This document shows positions 26,744 through 37,611 of a stretch of DNA of 38,820 nucleotides, in pieces. The translations under genes and the position numbers were made by a program. The DNA is from a virus (taxonomy: Duplodnaviria > Heunggongvirae > Uroviricota > Caudoviricetes): IMG/VR virus record IMGVR_UViG_2908572912_000003; one strand, given 5' to 3'. Each line of letters opens with the position of its first letter. Positions within the stretch are counted from its first letter, which is position 1. The notes beneath the pieces were generated by a model, which was not told the origin of the DNA, searched no databases, and was given only the letters and a program-made list of their open reading frames with translations.

Positions 26744-28072
26744 ATGACGTGGAAAGACAGACTTCAGGACGCGTCATTTCGCGGCGTGCCGTTTAAGGTT
26801 GAAGAAGAAAGTGCGGGAACCGGTCGCCGTGTGGAAACACACGAATACCCGAACCGCGACAAACCCTATACCGAAGACCTGGGGAAAATCACTTTCCGCC
26901 CGTCCATCACGGCTTATGTGGTGGGAGATGACTGCTTTGACCAGCGTGATCGCCTGATTGAAGCGCTGAATAAACCCGGTCCCGGCACGCTTGTCCACCC
27001 GACATACGGTGAGCTGAAAGTCTGTGTTGACGGGGAAGTTCGGGTCAGCACATCGAAGAGTGAAGGGCGTATTGTCCGCTTTGACCTGAAGTTTGTCGAA
27101 GCGGGAGAACTCTCTTACCCCACATCAGGCGCGGCGACGGCGCAGACGCTGATGTCATCCTGTTCTGCGCTGGATGACTGCATCAGTGACAGCTTCAGTG
27201 GTTTCAGTATCGATGGCGTGGCGGATTTCGTACAGAACGACGTTATTGGTAATGCCAGCACAATGCTGGGGTATGTTTCTGATGCGATGAAAGTGGTGGA
27301 TTCTGCCGTATCGGATGCCGCCAGGCTGTTGCAGGGGGATATCTCGGTACTTCTGCCGCCGCCATCGTCAGGAAAAAATTTCGTTGAGCAGGTGCAGAAA
27401 ATGTGGCGTACCGGGAAGCGCCTTTATGGTAACGCCAGCGACCTGGTCACCATGATCAAAACGCTTTCTGGTGTCAGCCTCGGCAGCGATCTGCAACCGC
27501 GCGGCGTCTGGAAAACGGACAGTAAAACCACCGTCACGGCGACGCAGCAGCGTAACGTGGTTGCCAGCACCCTTCGTACGACCGCAATCAGCGAAGCGGC
27601 GTATGCCATCACCCGATTGCCTGCGCCAACAATTTCCGCGGTGATGCAGAATGCCGCAGTGGGGCAGTCAACAACACCCGCGCAGAGCACCGGCTGGCCT
27701 TCCGTCATGCATCCGGCACTGAACAATGCACCGGCGGTGAAAAACACGGTTGACCTGCCGACGTGGGAAGAACTGACTGACATTCGCGACACACTGAATA
27801 CGGCAATTGATAAGGAGTTGTCCCGTACAACCAGTGATGCGCTGTTTCTGGCGCTGCGCCGGGTGAAAGCAGATCTGAATGCGGATATCAACACGCGCCT
27901 TGAACAGTCTGCACGGATCATTCAGCGCACGCCGGATGAGGTCTTACCCGCGCTGGTGCTGGCGGCGACCTGGTTTGATAACGCGGCGCGTGACGCGGAC
28001 ATTATCCGGCGTAATGCCATTACGCATCCCGGCTTTGTGCCGGTGATCCCTCTGAAGGTGCCAGTGCTATGA
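26744..28072 (+). CDS. DNA circulation protein (Mu gp43-like), N-terminal domain family
   Basis: 442 aa; ATG with GGAG upstream; follows the tape measure gene as in Mu-like tail modules. Confidence 0.65.
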   Translation: MTWKDRLQDASFRGVPFKVEEESAGTGRRVETHEYPNRDKPYTEDLGKITFRPSITAYVVGDDCFDQRDRLIEALNKPGPGTLVHPTYGELKVCVDGEVRVSTSKSEGRIVRFDLKFVEAGELSYPTSGAATAQTLMSSCSALDDCISDSFSGFSIDGVADFVQNDVIGNASTMLGYVSDAMKVVDSAVSDAARLLQGDISVLLPPPSSGKNFVEQVQKMWRTGKRLYGNASDLVTMIKTLSGVSLGSDLQPRGVWKTDSKTTVTATQQRNVVASTLRTTAISEAAYAITRLPAPTISAVMQNAAVGQSTTPAQSTGWPSVMHPALNNAPAVKNTVDLPTWEELTDIRDTLNTAIDKELSRTTSDALFLALRRVKADLNADINTRLEQSARIIQRTPDEVLPALVLAATWFDNAARDADIIRRNAITHPGFVPVIPLKVPVL

Positions 28073-29148
28073 ATGATAAAGTCACGCTACGGGTAAATGG
28101 CCGGGAGTGGAATGGCTGGACATCGGTGCGCATCGGTGCCGGTATTGAACGGCTGACGCGGGATTTCAGTGTGGAGATCACCCGCCAGTGGCCGGGAGAT
28201 GAGGGTATCACCACGCTTCAGCCGCGTATTAAAAACGGTTCAAAAGTGGAAGTGCTGATTGGTGATGAGCTGGTGATCACCGGCTGGGTGGAGGCGACTC
28301 CCGTTCGTTACGATGCCCGTTCGGTCAGCACCGGTATTGCTGGGCGTAGTCTGACCGCTGACCTGATTGACTGTGCAGCCGAACCGACACAGTTTAACGG
28401 ACGATCGCTGGTTCAGATTGCGCAGGCGCTTGCTGCGCCTTTCGGCATTGAGGTGGTGAACAGCGGTGCGCCGTCTGGTGTTATTCCTGATGTCCAGCCT
28501 GATCACGGTGAAACGGTGATTGAGGTGATCAACAAAATACTCGGTCAGCAGCAGGCGCTGGCTTACGACGACCCGCACGGCAGGCTAGTGATTGGCGGTA
28601 TTGGCTCAACGCGGGCACATACCGCGCTGGTACTTGGGGAAAACATCCTTTCCTGCGATACGGAGAAGAGTATCCGGGAGCGGTTTTCAGTTTACCAGGT
28701 GGCGGGGCAGCGTGCCGGAAATGACGATGATTTCGGTGAGGCCACCACCACCGCGCTGCGGGCCCGCACAGAAGACGCATTTATTGCCCGTTACCGTCCG
28801 ATGTATATCAGGCAGACAGGGCAGGCTACGGGGGCAGGCTGTATTGCCCGTGCGGACTTTGAAGCCCGGCAACGGGCGGCGCGGACGGATGAAACCACCT
28901 ATGTGGTGCAGGGCTGGCGACAGGGTAACGGTACGCTGTGGCAGCCCAACCAGCGGGTGATTGTCTTCGATCCGGTCTGTGGTTTCGACAATACCGAACT
29001 GCTTGTCTCGGAAGTCACGTTTACTCAGGACCAGAACGGCACCCTGACGGAAATCCGAGTCGGCCCACCTGATGCTTATCTGCCTGAACCCGAAGCCCCC
29101 GGCGCGCGGAAAAAGAAAAAAGCCAGAGTACAGGAGGACCCGTTCTGA
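28069..29148 (+). CDS. Baseplate hub protein (Mu gp44 / P2 gpD-like)
   Basis: 359 aa; start overlaps the upstream stop; assignment by position. Confidence 0.6.
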   Translation: MNDKVTLRVNGREWNGWTSVRIGAGIERLTRDFSVEITRQWPGDEGITTLQPRIKNGSKVEVLIGDELVITGWVEATPVRYDARSVSTGIAGRSLTADLIDCAAEPTQFNGRSLVQIAQALAAPFGIEVVNSGAPSGVIPDVQPDHGETVIEVINKILGQQQALAYDDPHGRLVIGGIGSTRAHTALVLGENILSCDTEKSIRERFSVYQVAGQRAGNDDDFGEATTTALRARTEDAFIARYRPMYIRQTGQATGAGCIARADFEARQRAARTDETTYVVQGWRQGNGTLWQPNQRVIVFDPVCGFDNTELLVSEVTFTQDQNGTLTEIRVGPPDAYLPEPEAPGARKKKKARVQEDPF

Positions 29149-29696
29149 TGAGGACGATTGAAGCCATGCAGCGACAACTCCTCGGCCTGATTGGGCGGGC
29201 CGTGGTGAAAAGCATCAGTGCCGCCACGAAATGTCAGACCGTGGATGTGTCCCTGATTGCCGGTGAACCCAAAGCCGGGGTTGAACATCTTGAACCCTAC
29301 GGTTTTACCGCAAGGGCAAACAGCGGTGCGGAAGCGGTGGTGTTGTTTCCGGATGGCGATCGTTCTCATGCGGTGGTTGTTACGGTGTCGGACCGGCGCT
29401 ACCGCCTGAAAGGGCTGCAGACGGGTGAGGTGGCTGTCTATGACGATCAGGGGCAGTCCGTGACGCTGACCCGGGAGGGGATCGTGGTGGACGGTGCAGG
29501 TAAAACGATCACGTTTCGCAATGCACCTGAAGCACGTTTTGAAATGGACCTTGAAGTGACCGGACAGGTGAAAGACCTGTGCGACTCCGGCACCACCACC
29601 ATGTCAGCGATGCGGCTTGCCTATAACGGGCATCGTCACAGAGAGAACGGTCAGGGCAGTAACACCGACAAACCTGATAAAGCGATGGAGGCATGA
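29148..29696 (+). CDS. Baseplate assembly protein V (spike, Mu gp45-like)
   Basis: 182 aa in conserved order. Confidence 0.6.
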   Translation: MRTIEAMQRQLLGLIGRAVVKSISAATKCQTVDVSLIAGEPKAGVEHLEPYGFTARANSGAEAVVLFPDGDRSHAVVVTVSDRRYRLKGLQTGEVAVYDDQGQSVTLTREGIVVDGAGKTITFRNAPEARFEMDLEVTGQVKDLCDSGTTTMSAMRLAYNGHRHRENGQGSNTDKPDKAMEA

Positions 29697-30121
29697 TGGA
29701 ACTGTGGCTGACGGTGAACGGTAAACGCACCTGCGCCAGCGCACCGCTGGATCCGCTGACCCGCGCCGTGGTGATTTCCCTGTTTACCTGGCGGCGGGCG
29801 GAGCCTGATGACAATGTCGACGTCCCGATGGGATGGTGGGGGGATACCTGGCCTACGGTACAGAATGACCGTTACGGCTCCCGACTGTGGCTGCTTCAGC
29901 GCAGCAAACTGACCAATCAACTGGTGCAGACGGTAAGGGGGTATATCCGCGAATGCCTGCAATGGATGATTGATGACGGCGTGGTGTCCCGCATTGATCT
30001 GGATATCCGCCGCACCGGGATTAATGAACTGGGTAACAGTATCGCTCTCTGGCGTCGTGACGGACCGGTAATGATTTCTTTTGATGATCTGTGGAGTGCG
30101 ATAACGCATGGCGGACAGTGA
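29693..30121 (+). CDS. GP46-family baseplate protein
   Basis: 142 aa in conserved order. Confidence 0.6.
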   Translation: MMELWLTVNGKRTCASAPLDPLTRAVVISLFTWRRAEPDDNVDVPMGWWGDTWPTVQNDRYGSRLWLLQRSKLTNQLVQTVRGYIRECLQWMIDDGVVSRIDLDIRRTGINELGNSIALWRRDGPVMISFDDLWSAITHGGQ

Positions 30122-31166
30122 ATTTCAGCGCCCGACGCTGGCAGAAAATATCAGTATGCTCCGTAACGATTTATTCGCCAGGCTGGACGTCAGCGACACG
30201 CTCCGGCGCATGGATGAAGACGTGCGGGCAAAGGTGTATGCGGCGGCGCTGCATACGGTTTACGGGTACATCGATTATCTGGCAATGAACATGCTGCCTG
30301 ACCTGTGCGATGAGTTCTGGCTGGCGCGACATGCTGCGATGAAACGGTGTCCGCGCAAGGGAGCCACGGTTGCCAGCGGGTATATGCGCTGGGAAGGTGT
30401 CAGCGATGGCCTGAAGGTGACTGCCGGGAGTGTTATTCAGCGCGATGACCTGGTGCAGTACACGACAACTGACGATGCAATCAGCTCCGGTGGTGTCCTG
30501 CGCGTGCCGATCGCCTGCTCAAGTGCAGGTGCGGTCGGTAACGCTGACGACGGTACGGCATTAATCCTGGTCACGCCGGTGAATGGTCTGCCGTCTTCCG
30601 GTGTGGCTGACACCCTGACAGGCGGATTTGATACTGAAGAGCTGGAAACGTGGCGCGCCCGCGTCATTGAGCGGTATTACTGGACGCCGCAGGGCGGGGC
30701 TGACGGGGACTATGTCGTCTGGGCTAAAGAAGTGCCTGGCATTACCCGCGCATGGACATACCGACACTGGATGGGAACGGGGACTGTCGGTGTGATGATT
30801 GCCAGCAGTGACCTGATTAATCCCATTCCGGAAGAATCAACGGAAACGGCGGCAAGACAACATATCGGGCCACTGGCCCCGGTGGCAGGCTCTGATTTGT
30901 ATGTGTTCAGGCCGGTGGCACATACGGTGGATTTTCATATCCGTGTGACGCCGGACACTCCGGAAATACGGGCTGCCATCACCGCGGAGTTGCGTTCGTT
31001 CCTGCTGCGTGATGGTTATCCGCAGGGAGAACTGAAGGTATCGCGTATCAGTGAGGCGATTTCCGGTGCGAACGGGGAATACAGCCATCAGTTGCTTGCA
31101 CCGGCAGACAATATCTCCATTGCAAAAAATGAACTGGCGGTACTGGGGACGATTTCATGGACGTGA
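30108..31166 (+). CDS. Baseplate J-like protein (Mu gp47)
   Basis: 352 aa in conserved order. Confidence 0.65.
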   Translation: MADSEFQRPTLAENISMLRNDLFARLDVSDTLRRMDEDVRAKVYAAALHTVYGYIDYLAMNMLPDLCDEFWLARHAAMKRCPRKGATVASGYMRWEGVSDGLKVTAGSVIQRDDLVQYTTTDDAISSGGVLRVPIACSSAGAVGNADDGTALILVTPVNGLPSSGVADTLTGGFDTEELETWRARVIERYYWTPQGGADGDYVVWAKEVPGITRAWTYRHWMGTGTVGVMIASSDLINPIPEESTETAARQHIGPLAPVAGSDLYVFRPVAHTVDFHIRVTPDTPEIRAAITAELRSFLLRDGYPQGELKVSRISEAISGANGEYSHQLLAPADNISIAKNELAVLGTISWT

Positions 31167-31741
31167 CAAACGATGATTACATCCGTCTGTTGTCGGCACT
31201 GTTGCCCCCCGGTCCGGCGTGGTCAGCCAGCGATCCGGCGATTGCCGGTGCGGCACCGTCATTAACCCGCGTTCATCAGCGTGCGGATGCCCTGATGCGG
31301 GAGCTGGATCCGCGCACCACCACCGAACTGATAAACCGCTGGGAGCGTCTGTGCGGCCTGCCGGATGAATGTATTCCGGCAGGGACGCAGACCCTTCGCC
31401 AGCGTCAGCAACGGCTGGATGCGAAGGTTAACCTGGCGGGCGGCATCAATGAGGATTTTTACCTTGCGCAGCTTGCTGCCCTGGGCAGACCAGATGCCAC
31501 CATCACGCGATACGACAAAAGCACGTTCACCTGCTCATCGGCCTGTACTGACGCGGTGAATGCGCCGGAATGGCGGTATTACTGGCAGGTCAATATGCCA
31601 GCTGCCACCAACACCACCTGGATGACATGTGGCGATCCCTGCGATTCCGCACTGCGTATCTGGGGGGACACCGTTATCGAGTGCGTGCTTAACAAACTCT
31701 GCCCGTCGCATACCTACGTAATTTTTAAATATCCGGAGTAA
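31157..31741 (+). CDS. Tail protein, Mu gp48 / YmfQ-like (DUF2313)
   Basis: 194 aa; N-terminal ...[15 protein letters not shown]... motif recalled from YmfQ-like proteins. Confidence 0.6.
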   Translation: MDVTNDDYIRLLSALLPPGPAWSASDPAIAGAAPSLTRVHQRADALMRELDPRTTTELINRWERLCGLPDECIPAGTQTLRQRQQRLDAKVNLAGGINEDFYLAQLAALGRPDATITRYDKSTFTCSSACTDAVNAPEWRYYWQVNMPAATNTTWMTCGDPCDSALRIWGDTVIECVLNKLCPSHTYVIFKYPE

Positions 31742-31744
31742 TCC

Positions 31745-32671
31745 ATGCATCGTATAGACACGAAAACCGCGCAAAAGGATAAGTTCGGCGCGGGTAAGAA
31801 CGGTTTTACCCGTGGTAACCCCCAGACAGGCACGCCTGCCACCGATCTGGATGATGACTACTTTGACATGTTGCAGGAGGAACTTTGCAGTGTTGTGGAG
31901 GCATCCGGTGCCAGTCTGGAGAAGGGGCGGCACGATCAGTTGCTTACCGCACTTCGCGCGCTGCTGTTAAGCCGCAAGAATCCGTTTGGCGATATCAAAT
32001 CGGACGGCACGGTGAAAACGGCTCTCGAAAACCTTGGTTTGGGAGATACAAGCGGATACGTGGGACGCTGGGTGAATACCCGGGTTTTCACGTCATCAGG
32101 TACGTACACCCCGACGCCAGGAACAAAACGGATCAGGGTCACAATAACGGGCGGCGGTGGCGGAGGGGGCGGCTGTAAGGCTATATCCAATAATGAAACG
32201 TTTTTCGGTGCTGGCGGCGGGGCAGGTGGGACAGTAATCACCACGCTGATCCTGACGAAGGATAGTTATCCTGTCACTATCGGCGCAGGTGGGGCCGGCG
32301 GCGTTAGTGCGACGAACGGCCTCAAGGGCGGTGATAGCTCGTTCGGATCGGTAATAGCCCCTGGTGGTGAAGGTGGTGGAAAATCAGGAGTCACAAACAC
32401 GAACGGTGGTAACGGCGGTGTGCCAAGTACTGGCGGTATCAACATCATTGGTGGAAATGGAGGCGACGGTCAGTCCGGAAATATCGGCGTCAGCGGTGAA
32501 GGCGGAACATCGTACTGGGGGGGCGGTGGACGCGCAGGCGCTGGCGGTGGTGTTAGTGGTAAGGCATATGGTTCAGGTGGCGGTGGCGCATACGATGCCG
32601 GTTATAGCGGAACCAGTATGACAGGCGGGAAAGGTGCTGCTGGGATTTGTATTATCGAGGAGTTTGCATAA
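31745..32671 (+). CDS. Tail fibre protein, glycine-rich C-terminal region
   Basis: 308 aa; conserved N-terminus ([22 protein letters not shown]) then GGxGG-rich repeats. Confidence 0.65.
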   Translation: MHRIDTKTAQKDKFGAGKNGFTRGNPQTGTPATDLDDDYFDMLQEELCSVVEASGASLEKGRHDQLLTALRALLLSRKNPFGDIKSDGTVKTALENLGLGDTSGYVGRWVNTRVFTSSGTYTPTPGTKRIRVTITGGGGGGGGCKAISNNETFFGAGGGAGGTVITTLILTKDSYPVTIGAGGAGGVSATNGLKGGDSSFGSVIAPGGEGGGKSGVTNTNGGNGGVPSTGGINIIGGNGGDGQSGNIGVSGEGGTSYWGGGGRAGAGGGVSGKAYGSGGGGAYDAGYSGTSMTGGKGAAGICIIEEFA

Positions 32672-33087
32672 TGAATGCGTCATATGCAGTTATTGAAAAT
32701 GGGATGGTTGTGAATGTCATTGTCTGGGATGGCGAGGCTGAATTCACAGTGCCGGATAATCAGCAGCTCATTGATATTTCTGATATCAGTGAGCATCCCG
32801 GAATCGGCTGGGGGTATTCAGACGGGGTATTTACTGCGCCGCTCCCTCCGGAACGTTCTCATGATGAACTGGTAGCTGACGCTGAACAGAAAAAACAGTC
32901 GCTGATAGACGCAGCAATGGCCAATATCAGCGTGATTCAGTTAAAGCTGCAGGCCGGGCGCAAACTGACGCAAGAAGAAACTACCCGACTTAACGTTGTG
33001 CTGGATTATATCGAGGCTGTGACGGCAACAGATACCAGCATTGCACCGGATTTTGAGTGGCCGGATGAACCGTGCTTCGCTGAGTAA
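32671..33087 (+). CDS. Tail fibre assembly protein (Tfa-like)
   Basis: 138 aa; ATG overlaps the fibre stop; N-terminal AVIENGMVVNVIVWDG motif. Confidence 0.6.
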   Translation: MNASYAVIENGMVVNVIVWDGEAEFTVPDNQQLIDISDISEHPGIGWGYSDGVFTAPLPPERSHDELVADAEQKKQSLIDAAMANISVIQLKLQAGRKLTQEETTRLNVVLDYIEAVTATDTSIAPDFEWPDEPCFAE

Positions 33088-33347
33088 AGTCTGTTGAGGA
33101 GAAGCGGTTTAATTGTAACTCAATTCTTTTTGTGTAATAAAAGTAGGACAAAACTGTGACACATAAAGCCTCGCAATGGTTTGCAAGGCTTTGAACGCTT
33201 CTATATTGAGGATGTGACGCGGTTTCGTTTATTTCCATTCTATATATTGATGTCGATTTTTATGAATATAGAGCATACGGATAAACTGCAGTGTGATTAG
33301 AGTCAAAGTAATAGTTGTTGACTCTAATCATTGCAAAGTGACTTTAC

Positions 33348-34415
33348 TTAATGAAATTTATCTCGGATGAATTGTTGCGATGGTTTTTCAATGAATATAT
33401 ATGACATATAGCTAATTGCCATTAATGTAAGCATGAATAAAATGAATACCTTGGGGCTGTAAAAAAGATCGCGTCCATAGCCAATCTTGTCAGCTAAATA
33501 AACAACAATGATTTGCAAAGGAAAATGTAAAAGATAAGATGAATAACTGATATCGCCCAACCATTCAATTTTTTTCCCAAAATCGTTTCGTATTGCGCTA
33601 ATTGATACAAGGAAAAATATTATGGAGGTAAATCCGAATAAGATAATTGAGAATATATCTGCTACTTGCAGGGTAAATATAACTCCCCATGAGATCAATA
33701 GAAAAACACAAGCAAAAATAAAAAATAACTTTGCGCTAATATTTTTTATGGCCGCAATCGTAATTTTATAAGTCAGACCACCAATAAAGAAAGAGAATGC
33801 GCCGATCATTATGGGATTGTTAATTTTGAAAAAGTAGTACGATAATGCAACTATTAAAATTGATATGAATGTTGTTTTTGATGTGAACTTGCATAATATA
33901 AAAAATATCATGTACATAAGTACTTCAATCGACACGGACCATGTCGGGGCGTTGAAGGACCAACCTCGCTCAAATCCCCATGATTGAATCATCAATAAAT
34001 TCAGAATGGCATGGTAAATGTCATTCATAGGATAAACAAAAAAATAATTATGACTTTTAAAGAAAATAATTTGTAATATTGCCACGACAGCAAATGTAAA
34101 TATATAAAGTGGATATAATCTACTGACACGGTTAACTATAAAAGTTTTTGCTGAGGTTTTATTGCTGTGTATATTGTCAGCGTATAGATAAAAAAATATG
34201 AATCCAGAAATCATAAAAAATAATTCGACAGCATATAAACCGTAATGATAAAAGACGGAAAAAAATTCATAAAAAGGTTGGCGGTTTATGATTATGTCAG
34301 ATGCAGCATTCTTTTTCATAAAAAAATGTTGCCAATGCCATAACACAACGGAAAGTGCGGCAAATCCTCTCAGAACATCCAGGGTATATATTCTCTTCCC
34401 AAAAACATTCGTCAC
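33348..34415 (-). CDS. Acyltransferase family 3 membrane protein (probable O-antigen/LPS acetyltransferase)
   Basis: 355 aa, polytopic membrane protein with N-terminal DVLRGFAALSVVLWH motif; strongly AT-rich; GTG start with GAGG upstream; located after the tail fibre genes. Confidence 0.8.
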   Translation of the reverse strand: MTNVFGKRIYTLDVLRGFAALSVVLWHWQHFFMKKNAASDIIINRQPFYEFFSVFYHYGLYAVELFFMISGFIFFYLYADNIHSNKTSAKTFIVNRVSRLYPLYIFTFAVVAILQIIFFKSHNYFFVYPMNDIYHAILNLLMIQSWGFERGWSFNAPTWSVSIEVLMYMIFFILCKFTSKTTFISILIVALSYYFFKINNPIMIGAFSFFIGGLTYKITIAAIKNISAKLFFIFACVFLLISWGVIFTLQVADIFSIILFGFTSIIFFLVSISAIRNDFGKKIEWLGDISYSSYLLHFPLQIIVVYLADKIGYGRDLFYSPKVFILFMLTLMAISYMSYIFIEKPSQQFIRDKFH

Positions 34416-34886
34416 AACGAACCTCTTTTAATAAAGTCAAGTGATAATGAAAGATAAATATTGTAAACGAAAAAACACTGGACTGGAACATATATCTCTG
34501 CCTGTAATTTAACCAGGATAATTTTACTAACGCAGTCATAATTCGTTCATGTATACCAGATGAAAGTACATGTTCTATGAAATAGGGTTTTGCCTGGAGT
34601 TTGAAGGTTTTTAACGATTATACCTGTTTAATCGACTCCCCATGTTTTTTGACATTATCCACCGCACACGATACTGGATGCCAGGTAAACTGATTTGCTG
34701 GCATAAAGTCACTGAGAATTTTTTACCAACAATATCTTGCCACATCTTTTCCCGCACAGTTTCGGCAATAGAATCAGCGGGCAGCGGACATCAATATTCA
34801 CCAGACATTGATCTGCCGCACTATCTGACCGGTGTCCTGCTGAGAATACTAATTTCTTTTTTTTGCAAGTGCTGTCCAATCATGAT

Positions 34887-34916
34887 TGGGGGGGGCCGGC
34901 GGAGTTGAAACCGCAG
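34887..34916 (-). other. Degenerate tmRNA 3'-end-like sequence (possible older att remnant)
   Basis: Minus strand CTGCGGTTTCAACTCCGCCGGCCCCCCCA shares the GGCGG(G)AGTTGAA(C)CCGC core with the att core at 7781-7808. Confidence 0.3.
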
Positions 34917-34966
34917 ACACGTTGTATGCAATAACGTGCTGCGGTTTAATCTTATCAATTGAATAC

Positions 34967-35836
<870 letters not shown>

Positions 35837-36143
35837 CTAAGCCTTTGAATTTACAGAGTACAAAAAAGATACTTTTCCTCATAATGTGAGCTAATTTTAT
35901 GTTTCGTTTGATGATTGGACCGGTCTCGAAAACCGTAGGCACGTAGTATGCGTTAATTTATGAACAAACTACTTGTCTGCTGTTTTTCTGTCATTAGTCG
36001 TATATAGAATGATTCTCTATGCCTAACAAAGCATCACCAGTGCTAGATTACGTTGTAGTCACTGTTTAAATATCCAGATAAAACATTTCCTTCTGGGTTG
36101 AATGAGTGATAAAGTTTCACCCATTAGACCCCTTGGAGGAATT

Positions 36144-37577
36144 ATGTCTGAATTTGAAGTGTTGGCACAGCATCTGCTGAAGGAAGCCGAGGCGGAAGAA
36201 AAGCTGCGACAGGAAAATGATAAAAAGCTTATCGAGAAAGTGCTGGAAATCTATGATCAGAAGTATGTGGCTGAATTACTGAGAAAAGTCGGAAAAAATG
36301 AGTGGAGCCGTGAAACCATTAACCGCTGGATTAATGGCAAGTGTTTACCAAAATCGTTGACTTCAGTAGAAGAGTCTCTTCTGCGTAAGATGCTACCAGA
36401 ACCACCTGCAAACCATCCGGAATATGCTTTCCGCTTCATTGACTTATTTGCTGGAATTGGAGGGATACGGAAAGGTTTTGAGGCCATTGGAGGCCAGTGT
36501 GTTTTTACCAGTGAATGGAATAAAGATGCTGTGCGTACATACAAGGCCAACTGGTTTAACGATGAACAGGTGCATAAATTCAATCTCGATATTCGGGAAG
36601 TCACGCTGAGTGATAAAACCGATGTATTGGAAACGGATGCTTATGCATATATTGATGAGCATGTGCCGGATCATGATGTGCTTCTTGCGGGGTTCCCGTG
36701 CCAGCCATTTAGCCTTGCTGGTGTTAGTAAGAAAAACTCACTTGGTCGTGCGCATGGTTTTGAATGTGAAGCACAAGGAACACTTTTTTTTGACGTGGCA
36801 CGTATTATACGAGCAAAAAAACCGGCAATTTTTGTGCTGGAAAATGTCAAAAATCTGAAGAGCCATGATAAGGGTAAAACTTTCAAAGTCATTATGGAGA
36901 CCCTTGACGAGCTGGGCTACGAAGTTGCCGATGCTGCAGAAATGGGAAAAAACGATCCAAAGATTATCGATGGGAAGCATTTTTTGCCTCAGCATCGTGA
37001 ACGCATTGTTCTGGTCGGATTTAGACGAGATCTGAATATTCACAAGGGGTTTACCTTGCGTGATATCAGTCGTTTTTATCCGGAACACCGCCCATCATTT
37101 GGTGAATTGCTGGAGCCTGTAGTCGACAGTAAATATATACTTACGCCAAAACTATGGGAGTACCTTTATAACTACGCCAAAAAGCATGCAGCCAAGGGGA
37201 ATGGTTTTGGCTTTGGGTTGGTCAATCCTGAGAATAAGGAAAGCATTGCACGCACACTTTCTGCCAGATATCACAAAGACGGATCAGAAATTCTTATTGA
37301 TCGTGGTTGGGATATGGCAACGGGAGAGGCTGACTTTATGAATGAGAGTAACCAGGCTCGTCGACCACGCAGGCTGACTCCCCGAGAGTGCGCACGCCTT
37401 ATGGGGTTTGAAAAACCTGGAGGGAAACCATTCCGTATTCCGGTTTCAGATACTCAGTCATATCGGCAGTTCGGTAACTCCGTTGTGGTGCCAGTATTTG
37501 AAGCCGTTGCCAGACTTCTGGAACCCTATATCCTCAAAGCTGTTTCTGCTGATGCTGGTAAGACTGGGCAGCCTTGA
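36144..37577 (+). CDS. ecoRIIM: DNA cytosine-5 methyltransferase, M.EcoRII/Dcm type (CCWGG)
   Basis: Motif [14 protein letters not shown] catalytic motif ([10 protein letters not shown]), ENV motif (FVLENVKNL); closely resembles recalled Dcm/M.EcoRII; ATG at 36144 with GGAGGA upstream (the track ORF starts 42 nt earlier). Confidence 0.9.
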   Translation: MSEFEVLAQHLLKEAEAEEKLRQENDKKLIEKVLEIYDQKYVAELLRKVGKNEWSRETINRWINGKCLPKSLTSVEESLLRKMLPEPPANHPEYAFRFIDLFAGIGGIRKGFEAIGGQCVFTSEWNKDAVRTYKANWFNDEQVHKFNLDIREVTLSDKTDVLETDAYAYIDEHVPDHDVLLAGFPCQPFSLAGVSKKNSLGRAHGFECEAQGTLFFDVARIIRAKKPAIFVLENVKNLKSHDKGKTFKVIMETLDELGYEVADAAEMGKNDPKIIDGKHFLPQHRERIVLVGFRRDLNIHKGFTLRDISRFYPEHRPSFGELLEPVVDSKYILTPKLWEYLYNYAKKHAAKGNGFGFGLVNPENKESIARTLSARYHKDGSEILIDRGWDMATGEADFMNESNQARRPRRLTPRECARLMGFEKPGGKPFRIPVSDTQSYRQFGNSVVVPVFEAVARLLEPYILKAVSADAGKTGQP

Positions 37578-37611
37578 GAACACCTCCCGGCCTTTTAAGC
37601 CGGGAGTCAGC

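Noticed and set aside
31745-32671. Glycine-rich repeats as a nucleotide-level repeat array or mobile element
   Set aside because: The periodicity is at the protein level (GGxGG collagen-like tail fibre repeats) within one continuous ORF that has a conserved fibre N-terminus.
34642-34908. 88-aa plus-strand ORF next to the degenerate att core
   Set aside because: No ribosome-binding site, Cys-rich odd composition, and it overlaps the att-like remnant; probably non-coding.
37578-37611. A vsr gene downstream of the Dcm-like methyltransferase
   Set aside because: The methyltransferase is followed after 34 bp by the convergent EcoRII endonuclease gene; there is no same-strand overlapping vsr-like ORF.
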